Positions 1 to 12,310 of a stretch of DNA of 64,000 bases are shown here, in pieces; the first letter of the stretch is position 1, and each line of letters starts with the position of its first letter. Made by a program: the position numbers and the translations under genes. The notes beneath the pieces are model-generated. The model had not been told where the DNA came from and did no database searches. It saw only the letters and a program-made list of their open reading frames with translations. The stretch spans positions 7,378,001 through 7,442,000 of the forward strand of contig NC_073410.1 of NCBI RefSeq assembly GCF_028641065.1, written 5' to 3'. This DNA is from Leucoraja erinacea (taxonomy: Eukaryota).

Positions 1-614
1 CATTCCTCAGGATGCCTTGTTAATGTCAAATGAAGGTTTGCTGCCCCTAATAACAGGAGCTCCGTTGAAAGATCAGCCACGGGGAATCGACACTGAAAGG
101 CAGCGGGAGATAACAATAACACAGACAAAATGGAAAGGAGGGATAATTGAGGGGTGGGGAATGTTAGCTTGAGGGCAGGCCGTGCTGTGGTGTAGAAACT
201 GCGGCTCCCCATGGTAATGATTTATAGATGAGTCCCAGGTAAAGAATTCTGTGCTTTAATGTGGAATGATATACGCTGCTAACTTTGTTGCACAGCATGC
301 AAACGATCCTATAAATCCTTAATTTTTTTTTGGCAGGAGCCTATGTAGAGATCCGGGGTCATGCGTGTCATTTACAACACTGATGAAAATGCCACCTTGC
401 ATTAACCCTGATTGCTGCCGCCATATCACAGACACCCCAGCTTCAGGCTCACAGCATGCCATGCCGTGCCTCAACTAAAATCCAAGTCAGACAGGTAAAC
501 TGCAAATTAAGTGAACAATGATAACCTACATTTGTACTGCATCCTTAATGTAGAAGATGTCTCAAGGCACTTCTACAGTAACAATCAACAGGGAATCACA
601 AAAAGCTGGAGTAA

Positions 615-1084
615 ACGGCCTGTCCCACTTGCAATTGCATGCGTTTGGCGCGACCAAACGTGGTCGCTTGAGGCGTACGGGCACAGTATGGCCGCGCGGG
701 GCCAGTCCCACTTAGAAGCGCGGAGTTGTGCGGGGCTGGTCCCGACATCGTGCGGGGCTCCGAAAATCTGACAGTGTCCGAAATCTTCGCGCGCTAACGG
801 CCTGTCGGCACGCAGGCACATTGCGGTCGTACGCAGTGTCTTGACGGCGTACGCCTAGCGAGTGGTGTTGCGTGATGACGTCACCGCCCGGCGTGGTATT
901 GCGTGATGACGTCACCGTCTGATGCCTTGCGTTCCCAAATTCAGTTGGCCCACCCCCTGGCCAGCTGATTGGCGAGTATGACGCAAATGACGTCACGCGC
1001 GTACTTAGCGCGAACTTCGCGTGAGCTCCGCTTCCGTTTGGTCGCCTCAAACGCCTGCAATCGCATGCAAGTGGGACAGGCCCT
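615..1084. mobile_element. PIF/Harbinger-type MITE (470 bp, CpG-rich)
   Basis: TIRs ACGGCCTGTCCCACTT / AAGTGGGACAGGCCCT extend imperfectly to ~50 bp; TAA duplicated at 612-614 and 1085-1087; removal restores the Penelope-tail sequence GCTGGAGTAACTCAGCGGG. Confidence 0.85.
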
Positions 1085-1145
1085 TAACTCAGCGGGTCAG
1101 GCACCATCTCTAGAGAAAAGGAATAGGTGATGTTTTGGGTCAAGA

Positions 1146-1362
1146 AATACAAAGAAAATAGGTGCCGGAATAGGCCATTCGGCCCTTCGAGCCAGCGCTG
1201 CCATTCAATATGATCATGGCTGATCATCCAGAATCAGTTCCCCGTTCCTGCTTTTGCCCCCATATCCCGTGATTCCGTTAGCCCTAGGAGCTACAGTAGA
1301 TCTAACTCCCTTGAAACATCCAGTGAATTGGCCACACTGCCTTTTGTGGCAGAGTATTCCGC
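1146..1362 (-). mobile_element. CR1 LINE 3' end fragment
   Basis: Reverse complement of the CR1 tail seen at 18480-18638 (GGCCATTCGGCCCTTCGAGCC...ATCATGGCTGATCATCC). Confidence 0.8.
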
Positions 1363-2361
1363 AAGTGCTCTTAGCTTTCTCCCCCACACACACGGTCTGA
1401 AGAAGAGTCCTGACCTGAAACGTTCTCCAGGGATGTTGCCATACCGCTGAGTTAGTCCAGCACTTGCTAAGTTCATAAGTGATAGGTGCAGAATGAAGCC
1501 ATTCAGCCCATCAAGTCTACTCCACCATTCAATAATGGATGATCTATCCTTCGTTCTTGACCCCATTCTTCTCCCCATAACCCCAACACCCACACTATTC
1601 AAATATCTATCTACCTCTGCACCTTCTTCTGGGTATCTTTCCTTCCATGCATCCCTTCCAAGATCCCTTCCAAACTGCTTTCAGTGCTCCAGTTGTTTTC
1701 TGACACAGATTTAGATCTGAAGCAAAACTTCCATGGCATCAAAACTCTGGAAATATATTAAATTGGCTCTAATTTTCTAGATTCCAGGGAATTCAAGCTC
1801 AGATTGCACGCTCACACTTTGCAGGTTAGCCTTTCAAAACGTATTTCCCAGAGTGTGGTCTCGACTCCTTACAATTAACACCACTAAATTAAAGGCTTTC
1901 AACAGAGCCCTTGTGGAACATAGGCCAAAATTGTTTCAGGCTGTCATTCCAGGTACGAGAAGTAATTACTGAGATCTCTGCCAAAGTTTGGGAAGTTGAA
2001 ACACCAGAACTAAAAATAGTGAACTTTCTTGCTGGTGAGTTGTCTCCTTTATTTTACCCATGTGTACTGAAGGTTGCCATCATTTCCATACTAGCCCCAG
2101 CCAGATTACCTCTACCTCTGTGGAACATCCCAATGAACCACTGTCTCATTGTGGGACTTTAGTTTAGAGACACAGGAAACAGGCCCTTCAGCCCACCATT
2201 TTCACACTGACCATTGATCACCCGTTCACAAGCTAGTTCTGCATTATCCCACTTTCTCATCCACCCTCTCTCCACACCGGGGGGCAATTTACAGAGTGCC
2301 AATTAACCCACAACCCCGCACATCAGTGGGATGAAACTGGAAATCGTGGAGGACACCTGGC

Positions 2362-2680
2362 CGTACAGTGGCAGAGTTGCTACTTTACAGCGCCAGAAAA
2401 CCAGGTTCGATCCTGACTATGTCTGTACGGAGTTTGTACGTTCTTCCTTTGATTGCGTGGGTTTTCTCCAGGAGCTCTGGTTGCTTCCCACGCTCCAAAG
2501 ACGTACACGTTTGTAGCTTAATCGGCTTCGGTACAAAAAATAGTAGAAAGTCCCTCGTGTGTAGGATAGTGCTAGTGTACGGGGTGGTCACTGGTTGGCA
2601 TGGACTCAGTGGGCCGAAGGGCCTGTTTCCCCGCTGTATCTCTGGCGTCTAAAGTCAAAAGTAAAGTCTAAAGTCAAAAG
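2362..2680 (+). mobile_element. HE1-like tRNA-derived V-SINE
   Basis: Pol III B box GGTTCGATCC, V-domain-like GGAGTTTGTACGTTCT...GCGTGGGTTTTCTCC, LINE-type tail GGGCCGAAGGGCCTGTTTCC with a short repeat end. Confidence 0.85.
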
Positions 2681-2794
2681 AATCCCATGTGGTCATAGGG
2701 AGAACAGAGAGTTTCCATGCCGTTTCTCTAAGACTCTTAAGTATGTCCCCTGACATGCAACAACTGTTTTGGTAGAGAACGTAATATATTTTAA

Positions 2795-3224
2795 ATGAAT
2801 CATCCTACCACTATCAGAGAGCGGTGCTGAACTATTATCTGCCTCATTGGTAACCCTCAGACTATCCTTGATCAGAATGCGTTTAGGAAAGAACTGCTGG
2901 AGTAACTCAGCGGGACAGGCAGCATCTCTGGAGAGAAGGAATGAGTGACGTTTCGAGTTGAGCCCCTTCTTCATTCATTCCTTCTCTCCAGAGGTTCTAC
3001 CCGTCCCGCTGAGTTACTCCGGCATTTTGTGTCTACCTTTGATCAGACTTTGCTGGCTTTACCTTGCACTAAACATTGTTGCCTTATCATGGTATCTATT
3101 CACTGTAAATGGCTTAATGGTAATCATGTATTGCCTTGCTGCTGAATGGATAGCACGCAACAAAGGCTTTCCACTGTACCTCAATACAGGTGACACTAAA
3201 CTAAACTAAACTGCACTAAACTGA
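2795..3224 (+). mobile_element. Rex1/Babar-type LINE 3' UTR interrupted by a fold-back Penelope tail (~2885-3040)
   Basis: CCTCATTGGTAACCCTCAGACT...CACTGTACCTC...AAACTAAAC; same family at ~15270-15465, ~25305-25560(-), ~45490-45690. Confidence 0.65.
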
Positions 3225-3924
3225 ATATTTGAAATGAAAAGATTAATGCCATTGTTGAAATGATGGATGTTCAGCTCCTGGGTTGCAGTACCAGAAACAG
3301 TAATGGTAAAGTTATATTCCCAGAAATACATCACTGAAGAGTCACAAGCTTTTCTTTTAGGCAATTTTGCAAATAACTGGGTGTGTCGCTCTGTCCTGTG
3401 GTACCGAGTGGCATTTCTGGCTGAGAGGAGCCATGGTGTTCGATTATGCATTAAAAATGGATTAAGAGAAACCTTTGGCTGACATTTCTCTCCGAAGTAC
3501 ATTACCCAGGTGAGTGCACAATGAGAACGTTTCCTGTCATCCATTCAAAGGTCAGCTCTTTGGCACGTTAGGAATCTCATTTAATTCCTGTTTGGCTGCT
3601 TAGTAAGTTAATTGCCAAGCCTCTAAAATGGGCCACTTGATTATAGTCTGGTGAACCTACAAAACTCCAGATTAATTGCAAGGCTCGACGTTGGCCTAGG
3701 AAGCCAACACTGGATCTCCATCCATCGCTCCTAAGAGATGGTGGGCTGAACTCAGTCTGTTAACGTTGAAGGTCATCGTGTTGGCATGAAGATTGCTCAC
3801 CTGATACCCAATAAAATTCCTGGTGCTGCAGGAACCACTGTAATGCTTGGATCGGTATTAGTTTTAGGCTCAATGTAAGAGATTTTAACTGACACAACCA
3901 CAACGGATAAGGCATTGACAAGCA

Positions 3925-4192
3925 ATGAGATGCACTGGCCTTTTTCTCCTGCCTTCCCTAATGCCTTTCCGAATCTATCAATCTATGCTTCAAAAATACC
4001 CAATGACTTGGCATCCACAGCCATCTGTGACAATACATTCAACAGATTCACCACCTTCCAGCTAAAGAGGATCCTCCTCATCTCCATTCTAAAAAGTACA
4101 TCATTTTATTCTGACGCTGTGCCCTCTCGTCCTAGACTCTCCCACCGCTGGGAAACATCCTCTCCACATCCACTCTATCTAGGTCTTTCATG
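3925..4192 (-). mobile_element. CR1 LINE 3' fragment
   Basis: CAGATTCACCACC...CTCCACATCCACTCTATCTAGG matches the reverse of the CR1 ORF2 C-terminus (RVVNLWN; GLDRVD). Confidence 0.7.
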
Positions 4193-4244
4193 TTTGCCTC
4201 TGTGCCTGAAGGCAGGATTCCCCAGAAACAGAAGTAGTAAAATA

Positions 4245-4370
4245 GTGGGTGATACTCCTGTACAGGAGACGGGGAGTGCTGCAGTGTCAATGGCAAGGTT
4301 TTTTCTTAAACTGAGGGCTGGTCTGTTCTCTTCGGTAGACGTAAAAGGAATCCATGACTCAATTTTTAAG
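4245..4370 (+). mobile_element. Ancient DeuSINE (SacSINE1-like) fragment
   Basis: GGGAGTGCTGCAGTGTC...TTAAACTGAGGGCTGGTCTGTTCTCTTCGGTAGACGTAAAAGGAATCCATG resembles the Deu domain as I recall it. Confidence 0.6.
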
Positions 4371-4734
4371 CTAGAAAGTTCAATGATTCAATGGTACTTA
4401 TTGTCATATGTACCTTGGTACAGACATTTTTTTTTAACATGCAGTTAAGTGATAATACTGTGAGCTAATTGTCCTCTTGCTTCCTTCAACACAACACTTT
4501 AAAAATGTATATTTCATTATTTTGGGTTATTGAAAAAAAAAAAGCTATTCTTTTTCTCAATGCAGCATAGGTTTGTACTGAAGATATACAAAAAGTGCTG
4601 GTGTAATTCAACGAGTCAGGCAGCAACTCTAGAGACAAAGAATATGCGGCATTTCGAATCGAACCTATTAATGGAGTGAAATGAAGAGTGGTGAGAGGGA
4701 TACATTTTGTATAGAATGAAGAGGTGAGCCTGGA

Positions 4735-4930
4735 GATAGACACAAAAAGGTGGAGTAGCTCAGCTGGACAGGCAGCATCTCTGGATAGAAGGAATGGGAG
4801 ACGTTTCGGGTCGAGACCCTTCTTGCCGAATCTTATTCTCCAGAAATGTTGCCGGACCAACCCGTTGAGTTGATCCAGCATTTTGTGTCTATCTTTGGTA
4901 TAAACCAGCATCTGCAGTTCAATCCTACAC
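4735..4930. mobile_element. Fold-back Penelope-tail element
   Basis: AGACACAAAAAGGTGGAGTAGCTCAG...GACGTTTCGGGTCGAGACCCTTCTT followed by the inverted copy ending AGCATCTGCAGTTC. Confidence 0.75.
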
Positions 4931-5519
4931 ATGTTTGCACTGAACAGATGTGAACTTATAACAGTCAAACAGCTCTGCAACAGACTCCCTTACAAAGACA
5001 TAATAAGTTACTTGCAAGGAAAAAGGAACTGGGTTGATGTGGTCAGGACATTTGGAAATGCTGAGATACGTCTGCATCATAATCTCGGAATATCCCGGCT
5101 TTTCCCCATACATTCTGAGCTGGCTTTTGAATGTGACATTGGTATGAGAGAGGATTCAGATAAATGTGATCTCAAGTACCTTCCAATTGTATCCAATGCA
5201 ATGACAGGAGATAACCTCTCCAGCCATACCCTGTGTATCAGTGTTTGGTTAATGATGACTAGTTGAAGGAACTTGCAGACCTAATTCCCAATCCCCATCC
5301 TAACCACTGTCTTGTGTTGCCACACTCAGCCAGGAAAACTACAACCCACTGGAGCAGTGAGACAGCAGCTCATTCATCCTTACTATACCTTCTTACACGA
5401 ATACGTCCCATTTTTATACTTTTCCAATTGGAAAGGGCTATATCTGATTTATTTTTCCTTTTGATCATTGAACAACTATCAGAACAGTGCAGGCCTCATA
5501 AGGCAGTAAAGACTTTCCT

Positions 5520-5810
5520 TTAGACTTTAGAAACTGGCCCTTCGTCCCACTAAGTCTACATCGACCGTTACACCTGTTACGCTGCTACTATGCTACACAC
5601 TAGGAACAATTCATAATTTTACTGAAGCCAATTAACCTACAAATTTGCACGTGTTTGGAGTGTGGGAGGAAACTGAAGCACCTGGAGAAAACCCACATGG
5701 TCACGGGAAGAATGTACAATCTCCGTACAGACAGCACCCGTAGTCAGGATCGAACCTGCGTCCCTTGCGCTGTAAGGCAGCAACTCTATCGCTATGCCAC
5801 CGTACCGCCA
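5520..5810 (-). mobile_element. HE1-like V-SINE
   Basis: Reverse complement of the SINE consensus (GGATCGAACC; GCTGTAAGGCAGCAACTCTA). Confidence 0.85.
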
Positions 5811-6557
5811 AAACGTATCCAACTGGACAGCCACTAAGATGCGTTTCCACCTCCTTATCTCTGAAAAGCAACAGGTTACCGTGTCTATGAGTCTGTGTAT
5901 CACAGTAAGAATATACTCAACATTAGTCTGGAGATTGCAATAGTGAATGTCTAGTCTAGTCTGTGCAGAGGTCAGGAAGTCTTGGCAGTGGTAATAAAAG
6001 TTATTCATGAACTTTTTACACTTTCTACATTGAAAGAACGCCAAGAAATGGTCCAACAAATGCAACACAAATAATATTAAAAAGTGAAGCACGTGTCCAA
6101 CAGGAGCTCACACAAGTGATGAGAATAGTTTGCATAAGCATGTTATTTGTTTGAAATATAATTTTATTTGAATTTTCCAAGCATGTGTCTTAATATTTTC
6201 AAGTACGAATTTCTTATTTTTTATTTTTGACTCCCTTTAGTGAAAATGGATGTTTGGGAATTGGCACAACAAGAGACTTAAGAAAACGACAGTGATGGAG
6301 TGCTGGATGGATGGGTATCTGATTATTGCTGATCAACGGTTGACTTGGTGACAAAGTGGTAGAGCTGCTGCCTTACAGCAGCTCTAAGTCTTAGAGAAGA
6401 GGGATGGGTGGAGAGCAAATGGAATGCCTGTGATAGGATGGAGTTAGGGAATATAACAGTATATTGCTTCAGTATGGGACAAAATCCTGGAACCCGCTCA
6501 CCAACAGCCCTGAGAGTATCATCACCAGAGGAACTGAAGCAATTGAAGCAGCCACAC

Positions 6558-6868
6558 AGTGGTGCAGGCATAGAGTTGCTACCTTCCAGCACCGAGGACC
6601 AGGGTTCGATCTTGACTATGGGTGCTGTCTGCACGGAGTTTGCACGTTCTCCCCATGGCCGACGTGGGTCTTCTCCGGGTGCTCCGGTTTCCCCTCACAC
6701 TCCAAAAAACATACAGGTGTGTAGGTCAATTAGCTTTGGTAGAATTGTAACATTGTAAATTGTCCTTCGTGCGTTGGATAGTGCTAGTGTACTGGGTGAT
6801 CGCTGGTCAGTGTGGACTCGGTGGGCCAAAGGGCCTGTTACCACACTGTATCTCTAAACTAAACTGAA
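6558..6868 (+). mobile_element. HE1-like V-SINE
   Basis: tRNA-like head, V domain, TCTCTAAACTAAACT tail. Confidence 0.85.
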
Positions 6869-6984
6869 CAATTCATGATGGCAACTCACTACTCCCGCCT
6901 CATGCATAATTATGGGCGGGTAGTAAGAAGTTTGATCATATTCCTCTAAATATAACAGAAACCTATCCCCTATATGGTCTGCAA

Positions 6985-7210
6985 AGGGCCAGTCCCACTT
7001 TCACAACTTAATTCACAACCTTTTTTACTCGTGGGCATTTTTAATAAGGCTAAAAAAAGCCTCGACCTACTTGATGTCATGAGTACCTACGACAAGCATC
7101 ACGACCTAACACCGACCACCTACGATCTCGTGACGACCATGCTGCTAGTACGAGTCAAGGGCAAACTCGGCAGAAGTCGCGAATTAGATCGTGAATGTGG
7201 GACAGGCTCT
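6985..7210. mobile_element. Harbinger-type MITE (226 bp)
   Basis: AGGGCCAGTCCCACTT ... TGTGGGACAGGCTCT, flanks CAA/TAA; interior homologous to 21950-22138. Confidence 0.75.
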
Positions 7211-7732
7211 TAAGTGTTTCAGCTGAGCCTTTGCTACCAATTTATTTTCCCCTCCAATTTGTGAAGGACCCTCAGGGGCATTTTAAGAGGAGTCAGTGGC
7301 ATGTGAGTGAGAGAAAGTGTCTGAATAAAGTTACCAACGCGAGACCTCTATGCTCCCTGCAGCAAATCCCATCAATGGCCAGGAATGAAATCATCACCGC
7401 TGTCTCCCTGAAGAATCTTTGGAGAGGAGGAATGGAAGTCCCTGACAGCATGAGCTGTGAGTGGCAGGTGGTGATGAGTGCAGTAGAATCTATTTTGTGC
7501 CGTGACAAGGTGCTCATTTCACTAGCTCCCTTTGCAAGTTGAAATTAGTAATGATCTCTGGAATGCTGTGGGATGGTGCGAGCCTTTTGTTCGTGACAAG
7601 TCACTCAAGAAACACCTTGAGATGAAGAGGCGAGAGGTCCCTGCACATCGGCATTTTGCAAAGTCACGTCTGCTTGTCTCCTGACAGAGGGGGCTCGGAG
7701 TGGGGGCTGGAGTAGCAAGCAAGGAGCTTAGA

Positions 7733-8142
7733 GCGAAGATAGACACAAAAAGCTGGAGTAACTCAGCGGGTCAGGCAGCATCTCTGGAGGAAAGGACTAG
7801 GTGGCGTTTCAGGTCGAGACCCTTCGCCACTCAGCATTCAGACTCGGACTTCAAAGTCTGAAGAAGGGTCTCAACCCGAAACATCACCTATTCCTGTTCT
7901 TCAGAGATGCTGTCCGACCCATTGAGTTACTCCAGCTTTTTGTGTCCATCTTCAGTTTAAACCGGCATCTGCAGTTCCTAGAGAGTTAGATAGAGCTCTA
8001 GGGGCTAGTGGAGTCAAGGGATATGGGGAGAAGGCAGGCACGGGCTATTGATAGGGGACGATCAGCCATGATCACAATGAATGGCAGTGCTGGCTCGAAG
8101 GGCCGAATGGCCTCCTCCTCCACCTATTTTCTATGTTTCTAT
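7733..8142. mobile_element. Fold-back Penelope tail (7733-7980) abutting a CR1 3' tail (7981-8142, +)
   Basis: Inverted pair of the GGAGTAACTCAGCGGG module with hammerhead-like motif at 7858-7885, then GAGAGTTAGATAGAGCT...CTATGTTTCTAT. Confidence 0.75.
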
Positions 8143-8307
8143 CTGACACAAGGAGCCTGGAGTCTTGGCCGTCTCCCGAGTTATGGGTGCAGCTACCCAC
8201 AGGAAGAGGGGCGCAAGCTTATTTGGGGTGCAACACTTATTGCCCCACCTCACCCTCTCAGGATTCAGTCAATGCAACAACCCTGAAAACATGAATGAAA
8301 AGAACTT

Positions 8308-8695
8308 ACACAAAAATGCTGGAGAAACTCAGCAGGTGCAGCAGCATCTATGGAGCGAAGGAAATAGGCAACGTTTTGGTCCGAAACCCTTCCTCAGACT
8401 GATAGGGGGTGGCGGGGAGAAGGAAGGAAAAAGGAGGAGGAGCCCAAGGGCTGGGGGAATGGGAGGAGGAGACAGCAAGGGCTAACAAAATTGGGAGAAT
8501 TCAATGTTCATGCCCGCAGGATGCAGACTCCCCAAGCGGAATATGAGGTGCTGTTCCTCCAATTTCCGGTGTTGCTCACTCTGGCCATGGAGGAGACCCA
8601 GGACAGAGAAGTCGGATTCGGAGTGGAAGGGGGAGTTGTAGTGCTGAGGTAGGTTCTTGCGGACCGAGCGGAGGTGTTCGGCGAAACGATTGCCC
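8308..8695 (-). mobile_element. Penelope-like element 3' fragment (GIY-YIG C-terminus + tail)
   Basis: ORF 8482-8751 LGNRFAEHLRSVR...HSESDFSVLGLLHGQSEQHRKLEEQHLIFRLGSLHPAGMNIEFSQF; 14-bp TSD AATGAAAAGAACTT at 8294-8307 and 8696-8709. Confidence 0.85.
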
Positions 8696-9082
8696 AATGA
8701 AAAGAACTTGTTCTCTGACAGGAGAAATGTACAGTTATTAATCCAACCCAAAACCGCTGTTCTTGAGGGGCAGAGAAGATTTCAAATCTCACAGTCCAAT
8801 TATAGAACTGTCATTGCCGATCATGTAAGTTTATTTTCCCTCATAATAATGGCAAACAAATGGGATTATTTTTACTTTAATTGTCTTGTTCTGTGATTGA
8901 TTTACTCAGCAGTGCCACAGATATGTCTGCAAGACATGCAAATTTGTAATGTGGTAAGTTCTGTAAATGAGGTAAACACGTGCAAAAAGTTGTCATCGAC
9001 TTCGGCAGCATGTGGCCATTCAGCCCTGGAAGTCCATGCTAGCATTGATGCTCCACTGAGTCTTCTCAGTAAATTATCACTA

Positions 9083-9282
9083 GCGTGTAGGGTTTTCTAC
9101 AAGATCTTTGGTTTCTTCCCACACTCCAACGGCGTACAGGTTTGGAGGTTAATTGGCTTGGTATAAATGTAAATTGCCCCTCGTGGGTGTAGGATGGTGT
9201 TAATGTGCGGGGATCGCTGGTCGATGCAGATCTGGTGGGCCGAAGGGCCTGTTTCCGCTCTGTGTCTCTAAGCTAACCTAAA
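9083..9282 (+). mobile_element. HE1-like V-SINE, 5'-truncated
   Basis: V domain to tail only. Confidence 0.75.
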
Positions 9283-10721
9283 CGAGTATTAGTTTCATTT
9301 GGCGGAATCCATAAGTCACCCTTTCCGAGTCTAATATACTGGTCCCGAACTGCAGTGTCCAGAATTAAATCGATACTTCAGATAACATATAACTGGATCC
9401 TGAAAAGACAGTCCGTGCTAGAACCTTGAGGAAAAAACAATTTGCTGGAGGAACTCAGCAGGTCAGGCAGCATCCATGGAACGTATGGGTACGAAGATGA
9501 AGGATCTAGTCTCCCCAACACATTTACCATCCATTTCCTTTCACAGAGGAGGCCTGCCCTGGATGCTTTCAAGAGCGAGCTAGATAGGGCTCTTAAAAAT
9601 AGCGGAGTCAGGGGATATGGGGAGAAGGCAGGAACGGGGTACTGATTGGGGATGATCAGCCATGATCACATTGAATGGCAGTGCTGGCTCAAAGGGCCAA
9701 ATGGCCTACTCCTGCATCTATTGTCTGTTTAGTTTAGAGATACAGTTTAGAAACAGGCTCTTTGGCCCACTGAGTCCGTGCCGACCAGCGATCAACTGCA
9801 GACTAGTTTTATCCTACACACTAAGGATATTGTACCGAAGAGACTCAGTGGAGCATCAATGATAGCATGGGCCTCCAGGGCTGAATGGCCACATGCTGCC
9901 AAAGTTCCTTCAGTAGATTGTTTATAACTGGAGTTAAGTGCAGTCCTAACATAACACCCACCCTTCTGTCATCCAACACTCCTGGGATGGAGGTAAATAT
10001 TCCAATCAGTGTTTCCATTTTAAGTTTTGGGCTTCGGTGATTTACTTCCTTGGACTGCAAATTCCTTCAATCCATTGTATTCAGTTTCCCTTTGAAAATA
10101 TTGTCGAATGCTTTTAATCCAAAGTGGACATGTTGAGAACACATCAGGAAATCTGAAGGGTCCCAACCCAAACTGCCACCTATCCGTGTTCACCAGAGAT
10201 GCTGCCTGTCCCACTGAGTTACTCCAGCACTTGGTGCATGTTGCAGGAAATCACGTTCCTCACATACAAAGACTCACAATAATTCCACCCACAGCCGTGC
10301 AGTTAGAATTTCCTGCCAATAACTGCGACCCAAAGGAATCCACGAATTTCTTGCTTAATCAGAATCAGCTTTGTATAATAACCTGGTTTGTTTCTGCACG
10401 TTATTAGTCATGTACGATTAATGCTAGTCAGGTCCTTAATGCACTCGGGGACTCTAACTAAACAAGGCACACTAGTCAACATTCATCAACCATTGTATCG
10501 TCCCAGCAATCGCAGGATGTCAGTGTATTTTTTTAAACCCTGATGGAATTTAAACTAACCACCTAAAAACCTCATTTACTGAGAAAATTATATTTTTAAA
10601 CCCTGTCGGAATTTAAACCAGCCACCTCAAAATCTCTCTTAGAGAAAATAGTGAAAGGAATGAATATTTTACAGTTTATGTTTCATAGTGTAGACCCAGG
10701 TACTCCATGAAAGTCGAGTTT

Positions 10722-10948
10722 AGAAACATAGAAAATAGGTGCAGGAGTAGGCCATTCGGCCCTTCGAGCCTGCACCGCCATTCGATATGATCTTGGCTGA
10801 TCATCAATACAATCCCATCCCTTCCTTCTCTCCGTACCCCCTGATCCCTTTAGCCACAAGGGCCACATCTAACTCCCTCTTAAATATGGCCAATGAACTG
10901 GCCTGAACTACCTTCCGTGGCAGAGAATCCCACAGATTCACCACTCTC
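10722..10948 (-). mobile_element. CR1 LINE 3' end
   Basis: AGAAACATAGAAAATAGGTGCAGGAGTAGGCC tail; matches 16828-17070. Confidence 0.85.
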
Positions 10949-11209
10949 GTTAGGTGATTGTAAATACAACGGGCACAGCTAGAGGCTTTTGGATTGTTTT
11001 CACTTGCGGGGGTAACTCGAGTCTAAAGGTTTGACAGTCAGATGTGTTTGATATTAACTAATAAAACAGTTCAAGATCAACAGAAAAGGTCTCAAACAAA
11101 GTCATTGGAAAAATCATAACTACAGAGGTAATCTGTGGAATTCTCTGCCACAGAAGGTAGTTGAGGGCAGTTCATTGGCTATATTTAAGAGGGAGCTAGA
11201 TGTGAACAA

Positions 11210-11680
11210 TGTGCAGCAAGGAACTGCAGATGCTGGTTTAAACCGAAGATAGACACAAAAAGCTGGAGGAACTCAGCGGGACAGGCAGCAAGCATTTCTG
11301 GAGAGAAGGAATGTGTGAGTTTCAGGTCGAGACCCTTCTTCAGACTGGGAAACGAGAGTTATAGGCGATGATGGAGAGAGAGATAAGGAACACAAATGAA
11401 AGATATGCAAATAAGTTAGGATGGTAAAGGAAACAGGTCATTGTAGGCACACAAAAATGCTGGAGAAACTCAGCGGGTGCAGCAGCATCTATGGAGCGAA
11501 GGAAATAGGCGACGTTTCGGGTCGAAACCCTTCTTCAGACTTCAGGTCATTGTAGGCTGTTTGTTAGGTGAAAACGGGAAGCTAGTGCGACTTGGGTGGA
11601 GGAGGTATGGAGAGAGGGAGAGAGAATGCCGGGGCTACCTGAAGTTAGAGAAATCAATATTCATACCACTGGGCTGTAAA
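11210..11680 (-). mobile_element. Penelope-like 3' fragment with a nested 94-bp Penelope-tail mini-element (11449-11542)
   Basis: Outer copy ends in the GMNIDFSNF-coding segment; the inner copy is flanked by the 15-bp TSD CAGGTCATTGTAGGC (11434-11448, 11543-11557). Confidence 0.85.
11511..11538 (-). ncRNA. Minimal hammerhead ribozyme motif
   Basis: Minus strand CUGAAGAA-GGGU(UUCG)ACCC-GAAACGUC: CUGANGA and GAAA cores, stem II, GUC triplet. Confidence 0.7.
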
Positions 11681-12029
11681 CGGTGAACAATATTGGCAAC
11701 ACCAATATACCTTGCACTGCCAAGGATCATTGTGTTCAGAGGATGTTGAGGTAATGATGATGAGGCAGCTAATCCTCACATTGCCTCCACAACAGTCGAT
11801 ATTTAAGGCAGATGCCCATAATTCAGTTCAACTGTGGCCACACTTTTAAAGTCATCAACAATTTGCTTTACTTCTTTCATGACCCCACTAAGACATCGTA
11901 GTCTTCCCAGCATCTATTTCACATGCTTGCATCAGTATGCAAGTCAGCAAATACTTGCATTTGTACATTTATGCTACACCATTCTTGTATGTGAATACTT
12001 GGCCAATATACTTATTACTTAACTTCAGA

Positions 12030-12310
12030 ATATCTCAGAGAGTTTCACAGACATTGCAGTTCTAGCTTCGAAGTGCATTTGGTCTTGAAATGCTGCAGAA
12101 GCAGCAACTAAATTCAGCACAATAGGTTCCCACAAATGATAAAGATCAGAAAATCAGTTTAGTATGGTTAATTGAGGGATGGAAACTGGCTGGGGTATTT
12201 GGAACAATTGACTTCAGTGCTACCGGTTCTTTGGGGCCCATCTTATCAACAGGTGGGGCCTCGGATTAACATCTTAACTGAAAAGTGTCATCACCGACAG
12301 TGCAGCATTC
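12030..12310 (-). mobile_element. Ancient DeuSINE (SacSINE1-like) relic
   Basis: GGGGCCTCGGATTAACATCT...GACAGTGCAGCATTC and TTCCCACAAATGATAA match the reverse of the Deu domain and tail. Confidence 0.55.

Noticed and set aside
337-493. Coding exon with AG/GT boundaries
   Set aside because: Stop codons in all three frames
4931-5266. 111-aa ORF in unique sequence
   Set aside because: No recognisable domain or convincing splice context
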